From: Dicyema japonicum
Taxonomy: Eukaryota > Animalia > Dicyemida
DNA: 64,000 nucleotides
Direction of reading: 5' to 3'
Assembly: GCA_011109175.1 (NCBI GenBank)
Contig: RDEW01000018.1
Span: 555,304 to 619,303 of the forward strand
This document shows positions 41,978 through 53,035 of this stretch, piece after piece (within the stretch, counting starts at the first letter, position 1; each line of letters opens with the position of its first letter). A program made the position numbers and the translations under genes. A model generated the notes under the pieces. The model did not search any database and was not told where the DNA came from. It saw nothing but the letters and a program-made list of their open reading frames with translations.

Positions 41978-42394
41978 CTCATTTAAAATTATCATTTATT
42001 GACGATTACTTTAAAATTCATTAAAATTCTAAATCATAGCGTCAGAGGGAAACTTAATGGAAGATATCAGAGCCAGGAGAAAGAAGGTTTTCTATGCCCT
42101 CACTTGCCTGCAAATGTTTCTTTTTTTAACTGGTTCACCAAGGGTGGAATATTTTAATCGATGAGCAAAAAATAGATTTTATGAGCAAAGATAATCTTGT
42201 ACTTTCCAACTTCATATCTTGTTGAAAAAGGATACAGCTCACTTGATTATTTATTGAGAAGCGAGCGAAATAAATTAAATTATGAAATGATATTCGAAAT
42301 TTTTGTATGTGCGGAGATATCTCAAAATGAGAGGACTTAAATTATTACTTATTTATTAAAATAATTTTACAATGTGGCGAACAATTACATTGGC

Positions 42395-42722
42395 CTTCTA
42401 GCTGAACGTCTGAAGGTTGTGGGTTCAAATCCCAAAGATGGAATTTTTAGTTAAGGTCGATTCTTGTCAAACAGATCCCACCCGTGAGGCGACGAGTCTT
42501 TCTGTCACACTCAGTTGTTAAAAGGGATCTTCCTACCTTTCTCCTTGAGCAAATTCTCTGAAGATTGCATTATGAAAACTAATCCGCTAATGAATGAAGT
42601 GATGTTCGGGACCGTAGGACGTGGAACAAAAAATGAAAGAGGGAGGATTTACTTCTCCACCTCTCTTCGGAAGCGGAAGCCTGTACTGAAGTATTGGAAG
42701 ATGGATTTCATGCGTTTGCCAT
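42395..42722 (+). mobile_element. tRNA-derived SINE family B
   Basis: gtgggttcaaatccc T-arm; colinear with 9935-10285. Confidence 0.65.
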
Positions 42723-42729
42723 TTTTTGT

Positions 42730-43510
42730 GGTTGGCTGTTTGTGTTTATTTCGCAGGAGATTTTGTCGTAGGAGATTTTGCGCTATCAAAAGAACTGTTA
42801 TTCGTCAAGTTGTAAATGACTGCAATGTTTGCAGTGCCTTTCAAGCAGTCCCTCTATCGAAAATGATGGTTTCGGATGACAAGAGTGGATAAAGCACATT
42901 CGAAAGGCTGTGTTTTTATACAAGCAAACGCCTCACTCATCCATAGGTAAATTTGTGCTTTTATTTTTTTGTAGGTGTTAGTCCGTTTCTGAGATATCGA
43001 GGGATTCCGGGCTACAAACCATTGTGAAAAATACTAGACGGTGAAGACAACACCGCTTAACGGAGCCAGACAGTGAAGACAGCTCCGAAATATATAGTAA
43101 AAATTTTTGTCTATAATTATACAAAAGGTGATTTGATTTTCCTCGTGTAGACTTGAATTCTCCTTATTATAACAGGATGAATAAAAAGATGGGAGTGCAT
43201 GGATCGAAATATGAATTTAACATTGGAGATAGTGTATTCAATTTATAATTACTTGAAAGGTTCGTATTCTGAAGGACTATGGGACCAATCCTTCACTACG
43301 TCTTCAAAGGTTTGAGCATCCCTATGGAGATGCTGTCACTATTGTTGCAAAATTGTCTAACAATTTTGTCAATGTTAAAGATAGTGAGGGTATCGTGAAG
43401 AAGGTGCATTCTAAACGCCTTAAAAAGATAATTATCAATAATTAGTTAATGTTTGCTTTGGATTAATTGATTATTTTATTTTCTGACAATGATTTACATT
43501 GATTTCAGCT
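42730..43510 (+). mobile_element. Gypsy/Ginger-like integrase remnant
   Basis: VIRQVVNDCNVC; KYEFNIGDSV; FEHPYGDAVTIVAKLSNNFVNV..VHSKRLK. Confidence 0.6.
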
Positions 43511-43619
43511 ATCAAGGTAACGTCTGTGGCTATATTATTACGATTGACTATACAGGAACTTGGAAATTAGGTCAACATGATATTATTAATATAATTTATG
43601 AAATATCCATTAAAATTAA

Positions 43620-44118
43620 TTAAGAATCTTTATTTCTGGCTGCTCGATTAATGATGACTATTTCTCGAATCATTAAACCACTCGTGATTACAATTGAAAC
43701 AGTTAAACCCAATAATGATGCCTAAAAAATATAATTAAATTACTGCAATAATAATTGCTAAAGGGTTCAGTTCATCAGATACTTTTTTAGACGTAATTGC
43801 CCAAATGGAAGCGAAAATATCAAATATGAAACATATCAAAAATAAAATTGTAGCCTAGATTTTATATTACTAAAACTGCTATCAATATTCCTTTTCTCTT
43901 ACTTCCAGTAAACACGAAGATTTGAATAATCGTAAAGGGAAGTGAAATCCCAAACTGAATAATTATAATAATTGAAGCAATGCTAACATTCTCGTAAAGG
44001 GCAATAACACAAGGTATAAGAATTATCTGTAAAACCTAAAACTTAAAAAATATAATACATTTATTAAGATCAGGAAAATGCCCAGAGCTGATATTAATTT
44101 ACTCCACAATATTTCCAT
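43620..44118 (-). CDS. Unknown small four-TM membrane protein, 4 exons (paralog 1)
   Basis: MEILWSKLISALGIFLILIN|VLQIILIPCVIALYENVSIASIIIIIQFGISLPFTIIQIFVFTGSKRKGILIA|ATILFLICFIFDIFASIWAIT..|ASLLGLTVSIVITSGLMIREIVIINRAARNKDS*; GT-AG micro-introns; at least one frameshift. Confidence 0.55.
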
Positions 44119-44399
44119 GTTATATAAAAAAATAATATAAATTAGAATATAAGTTTTATATATAAAAAATTTGTTTTATTAAGATATTAAATTTATTTTA
44201 ATCTTAATTTTTAATATCAAAAAAACACTAAACTGTATCCGGTCAGGGTCTCATCAAGACTGCGGGCTCGCAGGTTCTCATCCCAGCGGTGTCATTCTTC
44301 ACTTACCAAACTGGTTTGGAATGTCAATAATTGAAGTTGCTTGAATTTTACTTTAATACCTGGAAGTTAATAAAAAGGAATTGGCATGGAAAGTAAACA

Positions 44400-44770
44400 G
44401 GGGGATTAGAATTTCGCTATCTTAATCTCCTTATAACTTATAGTTAGCTAACGATCTCTTTTCCTAATAAAGCTGCGTCTTGTTGACCGAACATATGTTC
44501 TCTCTTAAAATTTTCTTTTTTTCGATAATTTTTTGAGCGTTTCAATAGCTCACTCAATATTGCATAAAATTACAGTATAATAAGATTCTTCATAGTGTGA
44601 TAGGCGATCCGATACAGTTCATCAGGATCAGTGAGCTGCTTCCAAGTTAAACAAACATATTCTTCAATATGCTTGCTCCTAGCACAGCAAAGTTTATCAG
44701 GCTGATCGGGCAGCTTGATAGTCACTCTTAGCTTAAATATCACCATTGCCGCTATTCTTCTTACCATTGC
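44400..44770 (-). mobile_element. Probable RLE retrotransposon N-terminal remnant
   Basis: LTDPDELYRIAY; LKNYRKKKILREHMF. Confidence 0.4.
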
Positions 44771-44859
44771 CTATCCAGGAACTTGGAAATTTGGTCAATA
44801 TGATATTATTAATATAATTTTTTAAAACTAGACAAACTGAAATATCCATTAAAATTAAT

Positions 44860-45690
44860 TAAGAATCATTAATTACTGACTACTTCTCGATTAATGATGA
44901 CTATTTCTCGAATCATCAAACCACTCAAGGATCCAATTAAAACAGTTACAACCGTTACTGATACCTAAAAATAAATAATTAAATTACTGTAATAAATATT
45001 ATAAATCCATATATAATCTACTGAAAGCATAATTAACGTGACAGATGAGACAACATCACATACGAAAAATATCAAAATTACAGTTTTCTAGATTTTATAT
45101 TATTAAAACTGCTATCAATGTTTTTTATCGTATTTTCATTGAACTTGACGATGTAAACAATCGCAAAGACAATTAAAGTCAAAAAACTGAATAATTGTAA
45201 AAACTGAAGGAAACGTAGAATTTTGGGAAGCGATAAAGAATGACAGAGGAATTATTTCTAAACCCTAAAACTTAATAGAACTAAGCATATAATAGCTGCG
45301 TGGCGCCATGTGGTGTTTCGTGGCTAGTTGGTTGAAATTTTTGTTTGATCGTCTGTTCCTCCTCTCTCTTCCTATTAGAGTGGCGTCATGTGATCCACCT
45401 GTCTTGGTAGCGCTCAGTGCCAGGCCGGCACGAAAAAGGATCATTTGCTCTCCCCCACTCCATTGAAGAGGTTTCCACAACTGCAAGTATGGACGTCTTT
45501 TACCCTTTATGCTGATTCTGGATGGACTCTGTTTCTGTAGAAGTGGAAACTGGATACACTTAATTAGTTGTTTACTTTAACTTCTTTCTCGGTGTATCCG
45601 GGTTAAAAAATAAATAATGTGGTCAACCAATTCAAAAAATTCAAAAGGATTGGCAACGCCTAGAGGGCTTATAATCCAAAAATGAAAAAT
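44860..45690 (-). pseudogene. Paralog 2 of the four-TM gene, with a SINE in or near intron 1; status uncertain
   Basis: About 500 bp colinear with 43545-44045; same last exon (..SGLMIREIVIINRE..*); exon-1-like sequence near 45630-45690. Confidence 0.5.
45293..45617 (+). mobile_element. Pseudoknot-SINE, full length
   Basis: Leader, fold at 45382-45442, 3' hairpin ggatacac..gtgtatcc, A-rich tail. Confidence 0.9.
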
Positions 45691-45799
45691 GAAATCTCAA
45701 AATCTCAGTTTTGTTTTCAGTTCTAGTACCTCATCAATTATTTCGTCTTCTTTTTCAGAATTCATAATTTCGTCTTCATCAATGAATTTTTTTTTCAGA

Positions 45800-46830
45800 A
45801 TTCTCCGATAGCACAATTTCGTCATGTTTATTAAGTATCGCTTCATTTTCATGGTATTGAATATCAAGGAATATTTCTACGTCCAGAGCGTCCAAAATGC
45901 CAGTTTTCCTAAAAATTTCAGTAATATTATTGCCTCAATCATTTGGAATGACCTCGATATCTTGTTTACGTAATTTATTGAAACAAGTTATAATTGTTTC
46001 AATTGCTACATCTTCCCATGCCATCCGTAGGAAAAAAATCATATCTTTTAAATTTAACTTTTTATAAGATTCATAAACTGAATTTTTTGTCTTCCAATAG
46101 TTGTGTCAGATATAACAATTTATGTTCATTAAAATAAGCTTTGAATGTATTAATGATTCCAATATCCATAAGTTGTATAAAGGCTGTATTATTTTTAGCA
46201 AAAAATAATATCTGAATGTTCTCCAATTTGGATTTTGTACAATGAGCAGGACAATTTTTCATTTTTTGATGGAACAATTCGTTATTTAATTTTATTAACT
46301 AATGATTAAAAATAAAACTGATCATACATGCTCTATCAGAGTGATAATAATTTATCGAACATTCATAATTATAATTTTTAAAACATCTGGGTACTTTAGA
46401 TTTTGAAATCATAACTGGCTTTAATTTATGGGTTTCAGTCACTTTTATAAATAACACTCCAAAATTTTTTTTTTTTTTTTTTTTTAAAGAACAAAAATTT
46501 ATTAACAATAAAATATTATTTATTAACTATGAGGGAGAGCGGCTGCTGACATCACGGAGTAAGCGTTTCCGCGAATAACAGCGATACCAATTCTTTGCCT
46601 CAGCCAGACCGCTTCCCGCAATATAAATAACACTCCAAAATAACCATAAAATTTTTTAAAAAACTTTCAAAAAAACTTTTATATTTGAAGTTAGGTATCA
46701 AGATTTATTGTGTTGCCTCTCATTTTGATAGACATATTCCTTATTTTGACCAGGATCTGTCTCAATTCGAAATATGAATGTCTCATTTCGATCAATATGT
46801 GTCTCATTTGACCTTTAAATGTCTCTTTGA
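45800..46830 (-). mobile_element. pogo/Tigger (DDE_1) remnant carrying a CRE insertion
   Basis: LKPVMISKSKVPRCFKN; NCPAH..LENIQILFFAKNNTAFIQLMDIGIINTFKAYF. Confidence 0.85.
46465..46622 (-). mobile_element. 5'-truncated CRE insertion with poly(A) and 18-bp TSD
   Basis: ataaataacactccaaaa at 46447-46464 and 46623-46640; LREAVWLRQRIGIAVIRGNAYSV. Confidence 0.9.
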
Positions 46831-46999
46831 ATTTTTTATATCCACCAAATCGTGTTTTGCATATGCTCTAGGACGGAATCAGTTTATCTCGCCCATATTT
46901 TAAATTTCGTATCTTTATAATGTTTAGAAATTTCTCCAAGGTGATCTACAAATTCTTTATAATTTTCTTTATAATGTGATCTACATAAAAAGATGATAG

Positions 47000-48670
47000 A
47001 CTGAAGAATTGTTACTTGGACAGCTTCAAATTCTTAGAAAAGGCGATCAAATACTTTACTTGCACAATCCTAGAATCAAGATCATTGGCTATTCCCAAGC
47101 ATCGTCTAAAATCCTATAATGGTATAGGGAAGTCGGCATTACTTAAAGAAAAAAACCACTTCAAAAAATCTAATTGGATCTCATTAGAAACGAAAACTCC
47201 GGATCAGAGCTCTTGATAAAATTCTACACAAAAATTTCGTACAAAGAACACACGCAGAAACTGAAGAAGGATTCTAACCAGTTTATTTCTCGGATGAAGA
47301 CGTGAAGAATGCGCTGCGTTTTACAAGAACAACGTACTCTGCCGTCCCGACAACATTCCAGTAGTGTTATTGAAGAACCTTGGAGATATGGGAGTCGGTC
47401 TAAAACTATTCAATTAATTGTAATGTAATACCGTTGTTATGGAAGCAAGCCAACGTCCGACCTATACTGAACCCTGGAAATCCTAAGGAAGATCCGGCAT
47501 CATTTAGACCTGTGTCATTGGTATGTTCCGCATCGAAAATCCTGGAGAGGCTTGTGCTTGGGAGAATCGAAACTTTCTTACCAGAAAAGGATTATCAACA
47601 TGGATTCAAGAGCGATTGTTCTACATCAACGTACTTACAGAAATTAACCAACTTCATTAGTGATGGTTTTCAAACAAACCAAGGAATTGAAAACAGTCTT
47701 ATGTTCATTGATATTAACTAGGCATTTGATTCTATTTCGAGAAAAATATTATCAAAGAAAATTTTCCAGTCGGAGATCCCGGGGAAGCTTAAACTTGGAT
47801 AACAAATTTCTTAAGTGGACGAAGGAGGACGTGTATGCCTCGGAGGACTGAAATCAGTCTCACGTTTTCTCCCAAACGGTGTCCCCCAAGGATCTCCTTT
47901 ATCCCCGCCTTATTCAATTTATACCTGGCAGACCTCCGACACCGGAATCCAATAACGATGTTCTACTCACATATGCGGACGACATTGTTTTGGCCTCGCG
48001 TGATCGGGATATCCAAAATGCTACAGAAAGATTACAAATTAACCTGGACCGACTCAACGCCTGGGTAATGAAGAACCGACTCACGATAAATTCCAGAAAG
48101 TCTCATGTTTACTTCGGACAAAAGGTTGGGGAAGATGACTGTCAAGTTAAAATTGGACAACATTGAAATCCCCTTCACCAAATGTCAGAAGATTCTGGTC
48201 ATGACACTGGATATGAACTTATGTTTGTCACCACACGTGGCAAACATTGTTCTGAAGTGCGAGAAGAATCAATGTATTGAAATATTTATCTGGAATATGG
48301 AAGACAAGTACCCACCCGGTTTTTATGAATATCTACAAACAATACCATGCTTCTCGTACGCGTGTGCTTCGTGGGGACATTCATTATCATGGACGAACAC
48401 TAAGAAAATCGAGGACGTTCAAAAAGAAGGCCTTCAGAGACGGAGCGGTGGTCTTGTGGGAGACACAGAACCGGACGACTACTCTGGAGGCCCTCATAAA
48501 CAAAACTCCGGCATGCGGGAAGGTGGCCCTGCAAATAGTCAGCCGCCCAGTACGAGCTTGTGTGGGCACGTGTGAAGTACCGGGAAAGGATGAGGATTTT
48601 GGCTGGCGCATCGGGATCACGTGATAGTTAGTTTTGGTTTTACCGTAGTCTTGGGTGTTAAATAAATAAA
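47000..48670 (+). mobile_element. Degenerate LINE (RT to 3' hairpin)
   Basis: WKQANVRPILNPG, FRPVSLVCSASKILERL, GVPQG, TYADD, SYACASW. Confidence 0.9.
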
Positions 48671-48679
48671 TAAACGTCC

Positions 48680-49470
48680 GTTCGATTTGGTGGCGTTAGA
48701 ACTCTCTCGAGTTGGTAAAAATGTTGATAAGAAAAAAGGAGAAGGGTCTTTTGCGTTACCAGATGGTATTAATATAATGTTTGCCATATCCGAGAGCGTT
48801 GATGCAGCTGACCCAAAAGAATCGAGAAGGAAGGTAGTCCTGCAGGTACGTAGCAGGCTATCTCGAATGCCCTGGAATGGTTGGCCATACTTGGCAGAGC
48901 TCTGCAGTGGCAGATTCAGTACTGCTATACCTGTAAGTGAACTCAAGAAAATGGCTGTAGAAAAGAGGCTACTGGTCTATAGGGGTGGGGATCAGATGAC
49001 CACAACTGTCAAATAGAGCACGAGCACCAGAGCTGTGATACGTTGCAGCTCATGCATGTTTCTCGATGAGGTCTTCGCGCGGAATCTCGCTGCGGCAAGA
49101 GATATCCCACTTGAGGACCGTAGATTTACCCGCAAGATCCCTCATTGTAAGGTAAACGGAGTAGTGTTAGCCAGTATCAATAAGTCTGTGGCTTATGCGG
49201 TGGAGTCTAAGCCAGTAGGGTCATTGGGTAACATCTCCTTAGTGCTGTATGCAGCACAGATCACCTATGAGGAATTGACGGACAAGCCCAGACCACCCAG
49301 TAAATGGAGAGAGCAGATCTGTGCCAAGATTGCTTGGAGACAGACTGAGCTGGAAGCACTGGAGAGCCACATAAGTAATGTGGCGAAAGAGGTTAGAGCA
49401 GTAGTTCTCAAGAATTTTGACCCAGGGGCCAAGTCAATAAATTATTTTATTTGTAAATTTTTTTTAAACT
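48680..49470 (+). mobile_element. Probable N-terminal region of an RLE retrotransposon ORF
   Basis: RRFTRKI..LASINK..LGNISLVLYAAQITYEELT.K..W..QI..KI resembles the pre-RT region of R4-like elements; no host domain recognised. Confidence 0.5.
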
Positions 49471-49609
49471 TAATTAATATAAAAAAAGAGCAAGAGTAAA
49501 TTTATAAATTATTAATCAATTAGCTCTTAAAAAAAGCTGGTACAATAGAAGTGTTATAATTATTCGTTAACCAATTTTTTTAAAGCACTACCGGGTTGTC
49601 ATATGCACG

Positions 49610-49910
49610 TAAGATGCCTAGGGTATCGCTCGTGCAGAACACATACTTTATTTAAGTAAAGAACATAACTAATCGTAGAGGAAGAACCAAGGAATGCTCT
49701 TCACTTCTTTGTTTTTTTTCTTGTGTGTATGTCATTTTGACTATCCAGTTCCGCAGTGAATCTCCACGGATGACGGCGTCACTCGTCAAGCCCTTTCCGC
49801 ATCGTAGATGTGTGGAACCTTTCACCAGGTGAACAACAGCGAGATTCGAACCCGTGAATAAAGGCACTTTAGCCCGACACCTAACCACTATGTCACCCGG
49901 CTGGTCAACC
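49610..49910 (-). mobile_element. tRNA-SINE family A
   Basis: Head gccgggtgacatagtggttaggtgtcgggc..gggttcgaatctcgctg. Confidence 0.85.
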
Positions 49911-51724
49911 AATCTAAAATATTGAACAATTTTTATTTAACCCAAGACCACGGTAAAACCAAACTAATTATCACGTGATCCCGATGCATTCTAACAGAGA
50001 CCTCATCTTTGCTCTGTGTTCTTCCTTCGTGCACGCGCATGAACGTACAGGACGGGTGCCTGAATTTTTAAGATCACCTTCCCGTGATCTGGAGTCTAGT
50101 CTCATAAGGGCCTCCAGAAACGTAGGTCCGGTTCGGTGATCTTCACAAATCCAACGCTCCATTATTCTGTAAGCTTTCTTTTGCATTTTTTCAATTTTCC
50201 TCATATTTGTCCAAGATATGGACGGTCTCCACGAAACGCATGCAAATGAGAAACATGCCTCGATGTACTGTTTGTGCACGTTCATCAAGACTGAATGAGT
50301 ACCACTCTTTCATATTCATGATAAACTTTACAATACGTTATGCTTCTCACATTTCAATAGAATGTTATTCTACGTGTGGTGTCAAACAGAGATTCATATC
50401 AACTGTCACACCCAAGATCCTTTGACATCTGTTGAAAGGGATGCCAACCTTGTTTAACTTCAAGGTGACTGTTATTTTTCCTAATCTTTTGTAAGAGGTA
50501 AATAGTGACGTAGATGACTTCTCTCCATTCACCATGAGCCGGTTTTCCATTATCCAGGCATTAACTCTATCTAGGTAAATTTGTATTCTTTTTGTGGCCT
50601 TCTGGATGTCCTGATCTCGCGAAGCCAACACAATATCATCCGCATAGGAAAGTAGAACATCAATATCAGATTCAAGAGTCGGGGAGAGAGGTTAAGCAGA
50701 GCAAAAGATAAAGGAGATCCTTGAGGGACTCCGTTGGAGAGGAGCCGTGAGATTGATTTCAGACCTCCGAAGCAAACACGTCCCCTTAGGAAGTTAGTGA
50801 TCCAAAGCTTTAACTTCCCTGGGATCTCTGATTGAAATATTTTTCTCGATGGAATCTTCCTCGAGACTGATTCAAGAGCTTTATGTATGTCAATCGAGCA
50901 GAGCACTGTTTTAAACTATCTCTGGTTGGTTATGAATCCGACTCGAATGAAGTCGTCAATGTTTGTATGTAGACGTGGATCTGTCATTTTTGAATCCATG
51001 TTGAAAAGGCCTCTCTGGTAAAAATTCTTTTATTCTCCAGAGCACAAGCCTCTCCAGGATTTTTGACATGGAACATAGTAGTGACACCGGTCTAAAAGAC
51101 GCTGGGTCATCTCTCGGTCTTCCTGGTTTTAGTATTGGCCGTATTATTGCCTGTTTCCATAATAATGGTATCACATTCTGGTTAATCGAGTAGTTGAAAA
51201 CCGACATTAGGAAAGTGACTTCCTCGTCTCCAAGATGTTTTAATAAAATAACAGGAATGTTGTCTGGTCCCTGGGAGTATGTCGTTTTTGCGGCATGTAT
51301 TGTATCCCTCACCTCTCTCCGTAAAGAAAAGTGACTCTGATAGTCTCTTTAGTTTCCTGCGTGATAGTAGTGTATCAGACTTCATGTGCTCCTTGTGTGA
51401 AATTTTAGTATAGAATTTTATCAAGTTATTCACATATTTTTGAACATAATCCTCTTCTGTTGAAATTTCATCGCCTTTTGCCACATTTCGAATAGCTTTC
51501 CACACATCTCCCGTAGTGCGATCTCTATTTACCATTGTAAGCACACGATTCCACTTCAACCTCTGGGCTTTGAGCTCTGGACTTTATTTCATTATTCAAT
51601 GTTCTGATCCGGAGTTTCATATCCAAGGTTATCTGGCTAGATTTTTTAAGCTGATTTCTTTCTTTAATCAAGGCTGTCTTCCCTCGATCACTCGACGAAT
51701 TTAAGTAATGTTTGTGTATAGCTC

Positions 51725-52064
51725 TAATAATAATAATAATAATAAAGCCTTTTCACGAGAGCCATAGTATTTTATAGCTCCGCATAGGCAGGACACACAC
51801 TTTATTTAAGTAAAGAACAGTTAATTTTAACTAATCGTAGAACCAAAAAATGATCTTCACTTCTTTTTTTTCTTTTTCTTGTGTGAGTGTCCTTTCTAGA
51901 CAATCCGGTTCCGCAGTGAATATCCACTGATGACGGCGTCACTCGTCAAACCCTTTCTGCATCGTAGATGCGTGGAACCTTCCACCAGGTGAACAGCAGC
52001 GAGATTCGAACCCGTAGCCTAAGCCACTTAAGCCCGACACCTAACCACTAAGCCACCCGGCTGG
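51725..52064 (-). mobile_element. tRNA-SINE family A, full length with (TTA)n tail
   Basis: A box TGGCTTAGTGG, B box GGTTCGAATC; the tail reads (aat)n on +. Confidence 0.9.
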
Positions 52065-52065
52065 T

Positions 52066-52138
52066 GGTCCTCGACCGGATTCGAACCGGCAACATAGTGA
52101 CTTTTAACCACTGCTCTAAACATTGGAGTTACAAGGAC
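52066..52138 (-). tRNA. tRNA-like sequence or pseudogene with anticodon loop TTAAAAG (nominal AAA)
   Basis: Acceptor GTCCTTG/CGAGGAC, T-arm GCCGG-TTCGAAT-CCGGT, imperfect D-arm; abuts the SINE-A head. Confidence 0.5.
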
Positions 52139-53035
52139 CATATAGCTCTGCTTCCAAGATTATTTGGGTAAAGTAGCTGATGGCAGTCTCGAGGGAACTG
52201 AAGCTATCCAAGTAACGATTATTCATCTTATCTTCTGAGATTTCGCGATACAATTTCCAGTTAGCACCTTTGTAATTGTAGCTGCTAGGAATTCTCCTCA
52301 CGTTGGCCTCTCTTTTGATCTTCACCGCAATTAAATTATGGTCGCTTCTTGTTCGTAGAGGACTGACCAATCAATTTTTGATGAAAGCGACGATGAGCAG
52401 AGTAATACATCGGGTGAGGTAGGTTTATCTGTTTCTCTCAGTGGTGTCCTTGTATTTCTCGATGGATCATTCAATATCGTTAGGGAGTCCGTTTGCGATA
52501 ATAATAGTTTCCCTCTCATGCCAGCTAGTTGAGTTGACAGTCATAAGGGATGCTTCTCATTCAAATCCCCACAGATCATGATCTCATCGAAGGAAGACAA
52601 TCTTGATAGGTTTGGCATAACATAGCTCTTCGGGCAGGAACCAGGAGGCGGAACGTGGATATTCATTAGGCATAGTCTTCCTTCCGTTGTCCCGAGCGAG
52701 ATTCCAATTATTTCTGTTACATCATCATCCCCAACAAGTTTCCTCACTTACGATTAAATCTTATTAATAAAAATATTACCAAATTAATTTAAAATTTAAA
52801 TAAACTGTCTCTTGCTATGGTTATGATTGTTAATTAAACGAGTAGAACTTAATATCAAAAATACTTAACAACAGACAGGGAAGATTTATTTATTTGACGT
52901 TTACGCTTGTTAACTTGTTTTACTGGCGTTACTGCATATGGCATGAATTTTATGATTTATACACATCATTGGAAGATTTAAATAATGTTTAATTATTTAA
53001 ATTTGTTAGTATTTGAATTTAAAGTTTTTAAATTT

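Larger units (their letters stand above)
49935..52750 (-). mobile_element. LINE ORF2 (APE endonuclease, RT, tail), interrupted by SINE-A and a tRNA-like unit at about 51725-52140
   Basis: MNIHVPP, ICGDLNEKH, SPDVLLCS, SDHNLI; SQGPDNIP, FRPVSLLC, GVPQGSPLS, SYADD. Confidence 0.92.

Noticed and set aside
45335-45350. AATTTTTG in the SINE leader as an Sm site (SL RNA or snRNA target)
   Set aside because: Not conserved in the other leader copies.
51925-51955. CTGATGA in the SINE-A body as a hammerhead core
   Set aside because: No GAAA after the stem, and no matching stems I and III or NUH site.
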